A DNA stretch of 59,875 nt from a virus (lineage: Duplodnaviria > Caudoviricetes). The position numbers were made by a program, and so were the translations under genes. Positions 37,348 through 48,646 of this stretch are shown in pieces; position 1 is the stretch's first letter, and the number at the start of each line of letters is the position of its first letter. Location: positions 1 through 59,875 of IMG/VR virus record IMGVR_UViG_3300023179_008242. One strand, given 5' to 3'. The notes beneath the pieces are model-generated. The model saw only the letters and a list, made by a program, of their open reading frames with translations. It had not been told where the DNA came from and made no database searches.

Positions 37348-38702
37348 ACGAGCTGCTCCAGAGGATGTACGACTTCAGGCCGAAGGTTGCCGTGTGCGGC
37401 GACGCCATGGTGGACGAATACTACGAGGTGCGCGCCGACAAAGTCAGCCCGGAGTTCCCCATACCCGTGCTTCTGTCCGACAGAAACATTCCCGTGTCCG
37501 TCTCCCCGGGCGGAGCCTCGAATGTCTGTGCGCAGATGAGGAACTTCAATGTGGATGCTAGTCTTTTCGCCCTGACGAACGAGCGCATCAAGAAAATGAG
37601 CGCGGGCGTAAACATGGAGGGTTGCATATTCGCAAGGCGCGTGCCCGTGAAGAGGAGGTACTACAGCGGGGGTTTCCCGCTTTGTCGCCTTGACGAGGAG
37701 ACCAAGAACTACGGTCTTTCCGACGATTCCTTGAAAGACCTTCAGGCCAAGATACTCGGGCGCCTTTTCTCGTCCGGCCCTTACGACGTCGTCGTGTTTT
37801 CCGACTACGACAAGGGATTTTTCTGCGGCGTGAGCGACCTCGCCTCTCGCGTCGGGGACGCCATCACGATAGTCGATCCCAAGCACGGGCCGCTGGAGCG
37901 CTGGAGCGGATGCACGATCATCAAGCCTAACGCCAAGGAGGCCAGGGAGCTAACGGGCTTCGACGACTGGCGAGACCAATGCGCACAGATCATGGACAGA
38001 ACCGGATGCCAGGCCGTCGTCATAACCAACGCCGGAGAGGGAGTGTTCGGCAATGTGCAGGGAATTCCATTCGAGCACAGACCGCAGAGCCCCGTTTCCG
38101 CCAGGTCGGTCATCGGGGCCGGCGACTGCTTCGTTGCCTTCTTGGCCATGTGCATGTGTCATTCCATAGACATACGTCGTGCCGTTTCTATCGCGTTCGA
38201 GGCGTGCTCCGTGTACGTTTCCAACGACGAGAATCGGCCGCTGTACCCCTACCAGATAGCCGACACCAAGTTCATTGATCCTAGGATGCTGGCGTGCAGG
38301 GACTTCTCGCTGGCCTTCTCCAACGGGTGCTTCGATGTGTTGCACCCGGGCCATGTCGAGCTGCTTTCGTACGCGAAGTCAAGGGCGGATGCGCTTGTGG
38401 TGGCCCTAAACACCGACGAGAGCGTCGCCCTCCAGAACAAGTCTCACCCTCTCGTCAATGACCTGTCTTACCGAAAGTCGATGGTCGCCGCCCTCGGTTG
38501 CGTGGACTTTGTCTTGGATTTTGCGGAGCCTACGCCCTACGAGATCATCAAGAGGGTCATGCCCGACGTTTTGGTCAAAGGATCCGACTGGCCCGATCCG
38601 GTCGGTTCAGACCTCGTGCGTGAGGTTTGTTCTTTTGGCCTTGTGGGCGGACATTCGACCACCGAGGTTATAAGAAAAATAGTGAGCGTCGGGTCTACAT
38701 AA
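37344..38702 (+). CDS. hldE: Bifunctional ADP-heptose synthase HldE/RfaE (kinase + adenylyltransferase)
   Basis: GDAMVDEY, VSPE.P.PV, GGASNV, SDYDKG, VDPK, GAGD; FSNGCFDVLHPGH, VKGSD, STT. Confidence 0.92.
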   Translation: MNELLQRMYDFRPKVAVCGDAMVDEYYEVRADKVSPEFPIPVLLSDRNIPVSVSPGGASNVCAQMRNFNVDASLFALTNERIKKMSAGVNMEGCIFARRVPVKRRYYSGGFPLCRLDEETKNYGLSDDSLKDLQAKILGRLFSSGPYDVVVFSDYDKGFFCGVSDLASRVGDAITIVDPKHGPLERWSGCTIIKPNAKEARELTGFDDWRDQCAQIMDRTGCQAVVITNAGEGVFGNVQGIPFEHRPQSPVSARSVIGAGDCFVAFLAMCMCHSIDIRRAVSIAFEACSVYVSNDENRPLYPYQIADTKFIDPRMLACRDFSLAFSNGCFDVLHPGHVELLSYAKSRADALVVALNTDESVALQNKSHPLVNDLSYRKSMVAALGCVDFVLDFAEPTPYEIIKRVMPDVLVKGSDWPDPVGSDLVREVCSFGLVGGHSTTEVIRKIVSVGST

Positions 38703-38706
38703 CTCC

Positions 38707-38979
38707 ATGCAATTCATGGCGTTTTCGGAATGGATAGTTGCACGGGAGCAGGCGGTCGGCGCGACGCCGATGACCCCCACGGCCAACAAGCCCAAGGGTC
38801 CGTCGGTGGACTCGGAGATCAAGCAGGCAATCGTCGCTACCATGGGAAAGCCCAAGGCGACGCAGACTTCGGCCTTGGCGGCGCTTGCCAAGAAGAAGCA
38901 GGCGGACCCCAAGGCTTCCCCCAAAGACCTCCAGGCCATCGCGGACGTCATCTCCGCCGGAGATCAGGCCAAGAAATGA
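38707..38979 (+). CDS. Small hypothetical protein (capsid-targeting-like N-terminus)
   Basis: MQFMAFSEWIVARE; CTACATA 5 nt upstream. Confidence 0.65.
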   Translation: MQFMAFSEWIVAREQAVGATPMTPTANKPKGPSVDSEIKQAIVATMGKPKATQTSALAALAKKKQADPKASPKDLQAIADVISAGDQAKK

Positions 38980-39140
38980 AGCCATTTTCCGAATGGCTTG
39001 CCAAAAGGTCGAGAAACAAGGGTTCGAAGATCACGGCCACGGGCCTCAATGCCGGCGGGCAGGCACAGTCGGGCATGCGCATTCGATATTCGATTCGTCC
39101 GCCCTCCCCGCCTCGACCTTCTTTGCGAGTTGGGAACTAA
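38976..39140 (+). CDS. Small basic protein (capsid-targeting-like N-terminus)
   Basis: MKPFSEWLAKR; ATGA coupling. Confidence 0.55.
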   Translation: MKPFSEWLAKRSRNKGSKITATGLNAGGQAQSGMRIRYSIRPPSPPRPSLRVGN

Positions 39141-39148
39141 TCTAATTC

Positions 39149-39610
39149 GTGGTTCCCAAAGGGCTTGTGATATCTATAGAGTGCCGGTGCATCCCGTGTC
39201 ATGACTGGATGGCCTTCGCGGCGTGGTATTCGTTCAAGAAGGCGCTTCCGGACTGCAGGGTGTTTGTGGAGGTCGACCTGATCCATCCAATTTTCAGATG
39301 GGCGTCCGTCTTTGGAGTCTTGGGGCGGCCGGCGAAGGCGGACTTCAGGTTCGGACCCACAGTGATGGCCGTTCGCGACTTCGAGGGCGACTGGACGCCC
39401 GCCACGGCCAAGTCAAACGACCAGAGGTTCCTCGTTGATTATTCTGGAGGATGCGGCAATTTTGTCGTCGAAGAATGGATAAATAGGAATCAGGTGCCCT
39501 TCCACAGGGCCCTGAAGAGATTCGGCACTTCATCCGCCACGGTGAACGAGGTCGCCGTCCTCAAAGTTTGGGAGAAGTGCAACAACCTTTACAGATCGGC
39601 GGGGGTTTGA
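39149..39610 (+). CDS. Hypothetical protein
   Basis: GTG-start ORF in operon context. Confidence 0.6.
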   Translation: MVPKGLVISIECRCIPCHDWMAFAAWYSFKKALPDCRVFVEVDLIHPIFRWASVFGVLGRPAKADFRFGPTVMAVRDFEGDWTPATAKSNDQRFLVDYSGGCGNFVVEEWINRNQVPFHRALKRFGTSSATVNEVAVLKVWEKCNNLYRSAGV

Positions 39611-39873
39611 TGAAGAGGTTTTATTTCGGCAACGACGAGGGCGGGGAGGAGGACGAAGGAAACGAGTTCGAGATGCCGCCCCCGACCGAGTTCATATCAA
39701 TGACGCAGATGGAGAGCCCGGCGCGCCACCTCATGGACTGTTCGATAAAGATGTGCGAGGGCACCTTCGGTTGGAGGTTCATGTCCCCCGACGACAAGCT
39801 GGCGATGGTCGCCAAGGTTTTCAAAGGTCTTGCGGAGATAAGGAAGGAGTACGACGAAAATGCCGATTTATGA
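39610..39873 (+). CDS. Hypothetical protein
   Basis: TGATG coupling; MKRFYFG start. Confidence 0.6.
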   Translation: MKRFYFGNDEGGEEDEGNEFEMPPPTEFISMTQMESPARHLMDCSIKMCEGTFGWRFMSPDDKLAMVAKVFKGLAEIRKEYDENADL

Positions 39874-40210
39874 AATGGTGTGCGACAAGTGCGGCGAGGG
39901 ATACGACGTATGGTGCTCGATGACCAAGAAGGAGGAGTCCGTGTCGTCCGCGGCGTGCCCCGCCTGCGGCAGCACAGAAAAGACGGAAACGGTGGGGTGC
40001 CCTTCGGTAAGTTTCACGAATCCAGTTGGAACCGACAGGTGGAACAGCGAGTCCAAGGGGCACGACTACAGGTTCAAGCACAATATGGACAAGCCGGGAG
40101 GAACGAGGGACCAAAGGGCGGCCGCGGCGAGGGCCTCTAAGGTCGGCGCAGAGCCGTACAGAAGGATAGACGACATATCCAGCGGCAAGCACTTCGGAGA
40201 GGTGAAGTGA
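39860..40210 (+). CDS. FmdB-family zinc-ribbon protein
   Basis: MPIYE..CDKCG...CPACGS. Confidence 0.85.
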   Translation: MPIYEMVCDKCGEGYDVWCSMTKKEESVSSAACPACGSTEKTETVGCPSVSFTNPVGTDRWNSESKGHDYRFKHNMDKPGGTRDQRAAAARASKVGAEPYRRIDDISSGKHFGEVK

Positions 40211-40214
40211 CGGG

Positions 40215-40243
40215 TTGATTTTAATGGCAAGTCTGACTAGATT
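40215..40243 (+). promoter_or_regulatory. Sigma70-like promoter for the prkA operon
   Basis: TTGATT-17 nt-TAGATT; AAGGA RBS downstream. Confidence 0.6.
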
Positions 40244-40275
40244 ACATTGGATACACATCCGAAAGGAATGCCAAT

Positions 40276-42354
<2,079 letters not shown>

Positions 42355-42366
42355 AGGGAGACTTCC

Positions 42367-43575
42367 ATGCCGCGCCGGATCGACGAAGATCACAAAGACT
42401 TCCAAGACGTCTACGGGGGTATCAGGCGCAAGGAACTCAAGAAGTACATCAAGAACGGATCGATATTCCGGAGCCGAGGCAAGAACGGCAAGGTCGTCGT
42501 CACCATCCCCAAGATCGACATCCCCCACATCGTTTATGGGGAGGGCACCGGCGGAGTGGGCCGGGGGCAGGGCAACGAGGGCGACGTCATAGGCAAAGAC
42601 CCCCAGAAGGGCGATGCCAAGGGCAATAAGGCCGGTCAAGACCCCGGCGACGGCATCGACGTCGCTGTCGACCTCGAGGAGGTTCTCAAGTTCATGAAGG
42701 AGGAGCTGGAACTCCCCGATATGAAGCCGAAGCCCAGCGACACCTACGAGGAGATAGTCAAGAAGTACAACAATATCTCCTTGGTGGGGCCGGAGAGCCT
42801 GCGCCACAACGCAAGGACGCTCAAGCAGGCGCTCAAGAGACAGTGCGCCGACGGAAGCATCAACAAGCTGCATCAGATACCGGGCTTCGCCAACCCGGTC
42901 AGGATGATCACCCCGATCAACAGCGACAAGCGCTACCGCCAGTTCAATGAGATAAAAGTCCCCACAAGCAGCGCCGTAATATTTTTCGCCCGCGACGGGT
43001 CGGCCTCGATGGACCAGTTCAAGTGCGACATCGTCAGCGACATGAGCTGGTGGATAGACGTGTGGATACGCCAGTTCTACGACAAGGTTGAGCGCGTCTA
43101 TGTCTGGCACGACACCGTGGCCAAGGAGGTTGACGAGAAGAAGTTCTACAAGCACAGGTACGGAGGAGGCACGACCTGCTCCACCGCCCTGAAGCTGATA
43201 TCGGGCATGTTTGAGAACAGGTTCGACCCGATCAAGTGGAACATCTACTTGTTTTATTTCACGGACGGCGAGAACTGGGACGGCGACAACGAGGTCTTCT
43301 GCAAGATGCTCGACACCGACTTCCGTCCCGATGTCGTCAACATGGCGGGCATCGCCCAGGTTCTCCCGTGGAGGTACGAGCACAGCCTTAAGCACCATGT
43401 GGACGAACACTGCCGCGGAAAGAACATACGAACCACGCAGGTCGGCACCATGGGCATGAGCCCCGCCAACGAAGAGGAACGCGACAAGTCCATAAGGGCT
43501 TCTATATCCGACCTGCTCGGAAGGTCGAAGGGCAAGGAGGGCGGCTACTGGCAGGGAGCCGCGAACTACTTATGA
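42367..43575 (+). CDS. yeaH: YeaH/YhbH (DUF444) vWA-like protein
   Basis: GGVG.G.G, D.RYR, RDGSASM (MIDAS-like), GGT.CS.A, WNIY.FYFTDGENW. Confidence 0.92.
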   Translation: MPRRIDEDHKDFQDVYGGIRRKELKKYIKNGSIFRSRGKNGKVVVTIPKIDIPHIVYGEGTGGVGRGQGNEGDVIGKDPQKGDAKGNKAGQDPGDGIDVAVDLEEVLKFMKEELELPDMKPKPSDTYEEIVKKYNNISLVGPESLRHNARTLKQALKRQCADGSINKLHQIPGFANPVRMITPINSDKRYRQFNEIKVPTSSAVIFFARDGSASMDQFKCDIVSDMSWWIDVWIRQFYDKVERVYVWHDTVAKEVDEKKFYKHRYGGGTTCSTALKLISGMFENRFDPIKWNIYLFYFTDGENWDGDNEVFCKMLDTDFRPDVVNMAGIAQVLPWRYEHSLKHHVDEHCRGKNIRTTQVGTMGMSPANEEERDKSIRASISDLLGRSKGKEGGYWQGAANYL

Positions 43576-46406
43576 GGCAGAACAAGTTCATGTTCGGGTC
43601 GCCCGTGCTGATGGGCGACAGCACTGTTCCGGGCGTCCCGATGTCGGAGGAGTTCAAGAGGCTCCTCCCCGAGATATTCAGGAAGGTTCACGAGTTCGGG
43701 TGCGACTTCCCTCCGACGGTCGTCGAGATGCTGACCTACGACGAAATCAGTGAGATCGCCGCGTACGGAGGCTTCCCGGTGCGCTACCCCCACTGGCGGT
43801 GGGGCATGGAGTACGAGGAGCTCCAACAGGGATACATGCACGGCATGCACAAGATCTACGAGATGGTCGTGAACACGTCTCCGTGCTACCTGTACTGCCT
43901 CGACTCCAACACTTTGGTCGACAACGTCACCGTGGTCGCCCACGCCCTCGGCCACGCAGACTTCTTCAAGAACAACATCTACTTCTCCCAGACAAGCCAG
44001 AACATGATGAACGAGCTGGCCAACCACGGAACGCGCATCAGGCGTTACATGACGCGCTGGGGCAAGGAACGCGTCACGGAGTTCATCGACCACGTCCTCC
44101 GCATAGAGACCCTCATAGACCCGGCGAAGGCCTGGGAACCCAAGAGGTACAAGGACAGCATCCACAAGGACAGCAGGAAGTACCACCACCCCAGCCGCCT
44201 CAAGGTGGAAGAGGGTCACGACTACATGGAGGGGTACCTGAACACGGAGGAGTGGCTCAAGAAGCAGCACGAGCGGATCGAGAAGATCGAGGCCGCGGAG
44301 TACCTCGACATGTTCGTCGGCTCCACTAAGGACATCATGGGCTTCATACGCGACAATGCCCCGCTCAAGCCCTGGGAGAGCGACATAGTTTCGATGCTTT
44401 ACGAGGAGAGCATCTACTTCGCTCCGCAGAGAATGACCAAGGTGACCAACGAGGGGCATGCCTGTGTCGGTCCGGACACACTCATACCAACCAGTAAAGG
44501 CATGATCGCCGCAAAGAATATTGTAGACAAAAAGATGTCGTGTTTAGTTCACGATGGCGAAAGTTGTAGGAAAATAACCGATTGGTTTCGCTTCGAAGAC
44601 ACAAATACCGTAACCATAGAGACCAGCAGGGGATACAAGATCGTAGGCTCCGACACCCACAGGATTTGGGATTCTATGGGCGAGTGGGTTTACATGAGGG
44701 ATGCGAAGGAGGGAAGTGCGATCCGAATAGCCAAATCGGACATTTGGCCCACGGAATTGGTATCTGTGGATTATGTTGAAGAAGAAAGATTGGACACCAA
44801 AAAAATAAAGAATATTCTTGGATCTCGATACTGGAAATATCATGAATACAGGATGGGAAGGCGCACAGACGATTGTGCTGGACAAGAAATTGTAGAAATA
44901 AGCAGAATTGTGGACGAGCAGATTGCCAGACTAGGGCAGACCCAAACAATCAGAAGGAAAAAGATATCCGTACCGCCCGTCGTCGACTCTCGCCTTGCCA
45001 GTTTTCTTGGCTATATGATTGGCGACGGTCACATTTCTGAATCGGGCAGAACTTTGGGCTTAACTTCTGGCGACCTTGAGCAGGTGGAAGCCTACGAGGA
45101 ATTGCTATACTCATTGTTTGGAATTAGGGGGAGAAGAAAATGGGATGGAAGTTCTAAAAACGGAAGATGGAGGGTGTCCTTGTCTTCCAAAGCTCTTCGG
45201 GAATTCCTAAAGAGCCTAGGTCTTCATACCGGCAAATGCGCCAGAAAAAAAACGATCCCAGAATGCATAATGATGTCTCCCAAAAACGTCATGTCTGCCT
45301 TCTTGCGTGCGTACTTCGACTGTGACGGATACGCCGGCAAGGGCGGCGTGATACTATCTACATCAAGTGAAAAAATGGGAGAGCAGGTGCAGAATGTACT
45401 GCTCAATTACGGAATTATATGTTCTAGAAAGAAGGCGAAATCCTCTGATGAGAGCAAGACTCATATTTGGCATATTCGCATGGGCGGAATCCAGACCAAG
45501 AAATTCATGGAGGAAATAGGGTTCGGACTAAAGAGGAAGCGGGATTCCTTGTCAAATCATGTCGGCAATAGAGTGTGGTTCACCAAGGAAGATTGTTTTG
45601 ATGAGGTTGTTGCCATTCAGCATGGAAGAGGAACTGTATACGACATAACAGTGGAGGAAACCCACAGGTATTCTGCACAAGGTTTCATAAACCATAACAG
45701 CTGGGTCGACTACAACATCATCGCAAAACAGGGACTCGCCTCCCTCGGGTTGGAGCACGACAGCGCAGGAATCATCGAGTACGCCCAGCACAAGATGGGA
45801 GTGCTCGGTGGTAAATACAGCATGAATCCCTACAAACTCGGGTTCAACCTCTTGTGCGACATAGAGGATCGCTGGAACAAGGGGCAATTCGGCAGGGAGT
45901 GGGAGGAGTGCGACGACCTGAAGAGGAAGGAGGACTGGGACCTGAACCTTGGCCTAGGACGGGAGAAGGTGTTCGAGGTTCGCAATCTTTACAACGACCT
46001 CACGCTCATCATGGAATTCTTTACGCCGGAGTTCTGTGAGAAGTACGAGTTCTTCGAATGGAAGAAGTACCCGAACGGCGAGTACAAGATCGAGAGCAAA
46101 GACCCCGAGAGGATTAAGGCGAAACTCTTGTCAAGGCACCTGAACGGAGGCCTGCCGGACATAAGGCTTGTCGACCCGAACCACAGGGGCAAGGGCATCA
46201 TGTTCCTTCAGCACGCCTGGACGGGTCGCCCCCTCCACGACGCCTATGTGGGCCCGGTCCTGGAGTCGCTCCGCAAGCTCTGGAAGAACGACGTATACCT
46301 GTCGACCAAGAACTCTGCCGGCATAGAGTACATATACAGATGTATAGGAGACAATTGCGAGGTTGATTTGGTTTCGCGCGAGGAGTACGACGAATACTCC
46401 CGCTGA
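43572..46406 (+). CDS. spoVR: SpoVR/YcgB family protein containing an intein
   Basis: GFPVRYPHWRWG, IYEMVVN..PC, HA.GH.DFFKNN, YFAPQ..TK..NEG.A|S, NPYKLG, GLPDI. Confidence 0.93.
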   Translation: MRQNKFMFGSPVLMGDSTVPGVPMSEEFKRLLPEIFRKVHEFGCDFPPTVVEMLTYDEISEIAAYGGFPVRYPHWRWGMEYEELQQGYMHGMHKIYEMVVNTSPCYLYCLDSNTLVDNVTVVAHALGHADFFKNNIYFSQTSQNMMNELANHGTRIRRYMTRWGKERVTEFIDHVLRIETLIDPAKAWEPKRYKDSIHKDSRKYHHPSRLKVEEGHDYMEGYLNTEEWLKKQHERIEKIEAAEYLDMFVGSTKDIMGFIRDNAPLKPWESDIVSMLYEESIYFAPQRMTKVTNEGHACVGPDTLIPTSKGMIAAKNIVDKKMSCLVHDGESCRKITDWFRFEDTNTVTIETSRGYKIVGSDTHRIWDSMGEWVYMRDAKEGSAIRIAKSDIWPTELVSVDYVEEERLDTKKIKNILGSRYWKYHEYRMGRRTDDCAGQEIVEISRIVDEQIARLGQTQTIRRKKISVPPVVDSRLASFLGYMIGDGHISESGRTLGLTSGDLEQVEAYEELLYSLFGIRGRRKWDGSSKNGRWRVSLSSKALREFLKSLGLHTGKCARKKTIPECIMMSPKNVMSAFLRAYFDCDGYAGKGGVILSTSSEKMGEQVQNVLLNYGIICSRKKAKSSDESKTHIWHIRMGGIQTKKFMEEIGFGLKRKRDSLSNHVGNRVWFTKEDCFDEVVAIQHGRGTVYDITVEETHRYSAQGFINHNSWVDYNIIAKQGLASLGLEHDSAGIIEYAQHKMGVLGGKYSMNPYKLGFNLLCDIEDRWNKGQFGREWEECDDLKRKEDWDLNLGLGREKVFEVRNLYNDLTLIMEFFTPEFCEKYEFFEWKKYPNGEYKIESKDPERIKAKLLSRHLNGGLPDIRLVDPNHRGKGIMFLQHAWTGRPLHDAYVGPVLESLRKLWKNDVYLSTKNSAGIEYIYRCIGDNCEVDLVSREEYDEYSR
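44463..45698 (+). mobile_element. Intein (412 aa) with LAGLIDADG homing endonuclease in SpoVR
   Basis: Starts CVGPDT; block B GSDTHRI; FLGYMIGDG and FLRAYFDCDG; ends VYDITV...GFINHN followed by Ser; visibly more AT-rich than the flanks. Confidence 0.93.
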
Positions 46407-46411
46407 AAACG

Positions 46412-46470
46412 CCCGCCCGATGGGGCCGAATCTTCGGGCAAACTGCGGTCTTCGGGTTTGGTTTTTTTTG
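46412..46470 (+). terminator. Possible intrinsic terminator after spoVR
   Basis: Imperfect GC-rich stem followed by a T8 tract. Confidence 0.45.
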
Positions 46471-46523
46471 GCCTCCCGGACGGCTAGATAACTCGTCCCA
46501 GGAGCCCCCGCGGAGAGCCCACA

Positions 46524-47210
46524 ATGAGCCAGATTTCGAAGAGAAGCGTTTCTGTCGAGCAGCTCATAAGCGAAATCCACGACCACCACATCAACCACCT
46601 CAACAGGGAGATTTACCTGCACGGGTACGTTGACGCGGAGGAGGAGCCGGGCGTCGAGTACAGGATGGCGACGTCGTTCGTGAAGAACCTGCACATCCTG
46701 GAGGCCCAGAACGCCCAGAACATCCTCGTCCACATGCACACCATCGGCGGGAACTGGAGCGACGGCATGGCAATATTCAACGCGATAAGGCTCTCGAGGG
46801 CGCCCGTCACCATCCTGGGCTACGCACAGGCCAGCAGCATGAGCGGAATAGTTTTCCAGGCCGCCGACAAGCGGGTGCTCATGCCCGACTGCGACATGAT
46901 GATCCACCACGGCTCCATCGAACTCAACGACAACACCATGGCGGTGAGCAGCGCGGTCGACCAGAACAACAGGTTCTGCAGGAGGATGCTGGAGATATTC
47001 GCCCAGAGGGCGGTGGACGGCAAGTACTTCAAGGACAGGAAGTTTAGCGCGCGAAAGGTCATGAACTTCATGGATGCCAAGATCAAGCAGTTGAGCGACT
47101 GGTACCTAACCGCCGAGGAGGCCGTATACTACGGCTTTGCCGACGGGATTCTCGGCGAGAAGGGCTTCGAGAACGCCACGAAGATCAGGGCCGCCAGGAA
47201 GCGAAAGTAG
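46524..47210 (+). CDS. clpP: ClpP-family protease subunit
   Basis: NREIYL.G, HTIGG..DG.AI, AQASSMS (catalytic Ser), MIHH (His), DWYLTAEEA..YGFAD. Confidence 0.85.
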   Translation: MSQISKRSVSVEQLISEIHDHHINHLNREIYLHGYVDAEEEPGVEYRMATSFVKNLHILEAQNAQNILVHMHTIGGNWSDGMAIFNAIRLSRAPVTILGYAQASSMSGIVFQAADKRVLMPDCDMMIHHGSIELNDNTMAVSSAVDQNNRFCRRMLEIFAQRAVDGKYFKDRKFSARKVMNFMDAKIKQLSDWYLTAEEAVYYGFADGILGEKGFENATKIRAARKRK

Positions 47211-47225
47211 ACGCCCCGGAAGTCT

Positions 47226-47253
47226 TTGATTTGCGTCGTGTTTTTGCTATGAT
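47226..47253 (+). promoter_or_regulatory. Sigma70-like promoter
   Basis: TTGATT-16 nt-TATGAT with extended TGn. Confidence 0.5.
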
Positions 47254-47288
47254 AATCGGCAGACCACTGTTCAAATAGAAAGGTTTTC

Positions 47289-47498
47289 ATGAACGAGCAA
47301 GAGATTCTGTTGACGGACGAGTTTGTGGAATTTTCCAAGGCCGTCGCCGCGGTTCACGAGGAGAAGAAGGCTCTGGAGGAGCACTTCAAGAAGCACTTCG
47401 ACGAGTACAAGTCGAAGAAGAAGCAGTTGGAGACAAGGGTCGCGGACGCCAGCGCCATTTGGGAGAACTTCAAGAAAGAGCAGCTCGCCAAGAAATGA
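47289..47498 (+). CDS. Small coiled-coil protein
   Basis: AAAGG RBS; 69 aa. Confidence 0.65.
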   Translation: MNEQEILLTDEFVEFSKAVAAVHEEKKALEEHFKKHFDEYKSKKKQLETRVADASAIWENFKKEQLAKK

Positions 47499-47797
47499 GG
47501 TTCAGGAAGAGGCCCGTAGAGGTCGAGGCCGTCAGGTTCCTGGCGACCCCCGAAGGGATATCGGAACTGAAGGAGTTCTGCGGCACTGCCCTAGGCCGAG
47601 TGCTTCGTGAGTCTCCTTCCTCCCCGGCCGAGGCGGAGATATGCACCCTTGAGGACGGCTCAAGGCTAACGGTGCGCCACATAGCCACCGAGGGCGACTG
47701 GGTGATCAGGGGCGTCGTCGGCGAGTTTTACCCGATCAAGCCCGACATATTCGAGGCCTCCTACGAGGCAGTCGTCGAATCCGCTCCCAACGACTAA
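47495..47797 (+). CDS. Conserved phage hypothetical protein
   Basis: RKRPVEVEAV...TLE......GDWVIRG..GEFYP.KPDIF..SYE, a common phage motif set. Confidence 0.8.
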   Translation: MRFRKRPVEVEAVRFLATPEGISELKEFCGTALGRVLRESPSSPAEAEICTLEDGSRLTVRHIATEGDWVIRGVVGEFYPIKPDIFEASYEAVVESAPND

Positions 47798-47817
47798 TCT
47801 AATCTTGGAGGTGATCC

Positions 47818-48153
47818 GTGTCGGAAGCGATGCTGGGTTTCGATTCGTTGGCGGAGGGCTCGCGCTTCCTCTTGAGGAGGATCGGCCCCTTCGGGAGCGT
47901 GGCGGAGGACGTTCTTTTGGAGAGATCGCCCAGCGCGGGCTACCTGAAGTTCGCGAGGATGGGCTGGATGTCGTCCTGCGACCTGTCCCGCTTCGAGCTT
48001 CTAGAATTGCTTGGCTGCGAGTCCGGCGATGACGACATGTGTCCCAACTGCGTGACGCCGTGGAAGTGCAACGGTCCCCATCTCAAGCCTTGTCGGGGAG
48101 CCCCAGGCGGAAGCCCCCAACTCGACGAGTATCTTAAGTCCTTGGGCATCTGA
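47818..48153 (+). CDS. Hypothetical protein
   Basis: GGAGGT RBS; CPNCVTPWKCNGPH motif. Confidence 0.6.
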   Translation: MSEAMLGFDSLAEGSRFLLRRIGPFGSVAEDVLLERSPSAGYLKFARMGWMSSCDLSRFELLELLGCESGDDDMCPNCVTPWKCNGPHLKPCRGAPGGSPQLDEYLKSLGI

Positions 48154-48211
48154 ACGTATTGCTCGGCAAGTTCTGGTTACTTACAATTGGCATTTTAGCA
48201 AGGACAAACAC

Positions 48212-48646
48212 ATGAGCCCCGATTTGGAAAAGCGGCTGGTGGAGAAGTTCCCCTCCCTGTTCGCTGACTACGGGAAGAGCCCGCAGGAGTCGTGCATGGC
48301 GTGGGGGTGCGAGCACTCCGACGGTTGGTTCGGCATCATCTTGGCCATGTGCAGGTCTATAGCCAGCCACCTTGATGCCTCCAAAGAGCCGATAGAGTTC
48401 AAGTTCGCCCAGATCAAGGAGAAGTTCGGCACCCTCAGGGTTTATGTGGACGGGGGAGACGAGTACATACAGGGAGTCGTGCGCATGGCCGAGGAGATGA
48501 GCATGCAGACCTGCGAGGTCACCGGACTGCCGGGCGAGATGTGCAGGAATGGCGGCTGGTACAGGACGCTCTCGAGGGAGCAGGCCCGAGCGGACGGCTA
48601 CATTGTTTGCTCCGACGAGAAAGAGGCCCAAGTTGAAGGCGGTTGA
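48212..48646 (+). CDS. Conserved phage hypothetical protein
   Basis: GW..II...QIKEKFGTLR.Y...S..TCE..G motif; TTGCTC-17 nt-TACAAT promoter at 48159-48187. Confidence 0.8.
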   Translation: MSPDLEKRLVEKFPSLFADYGKSPQESCMAWGCEHSDGWFGIILAMCRSIASHLDASKEPIEFKFAQIKEKFGTLRVYVDGGDEYIQGVVRMAEEMSMQTCEVTGLPGEMCRNGGWYRTLSREQARADGYIVCSDEKEAQVEGG

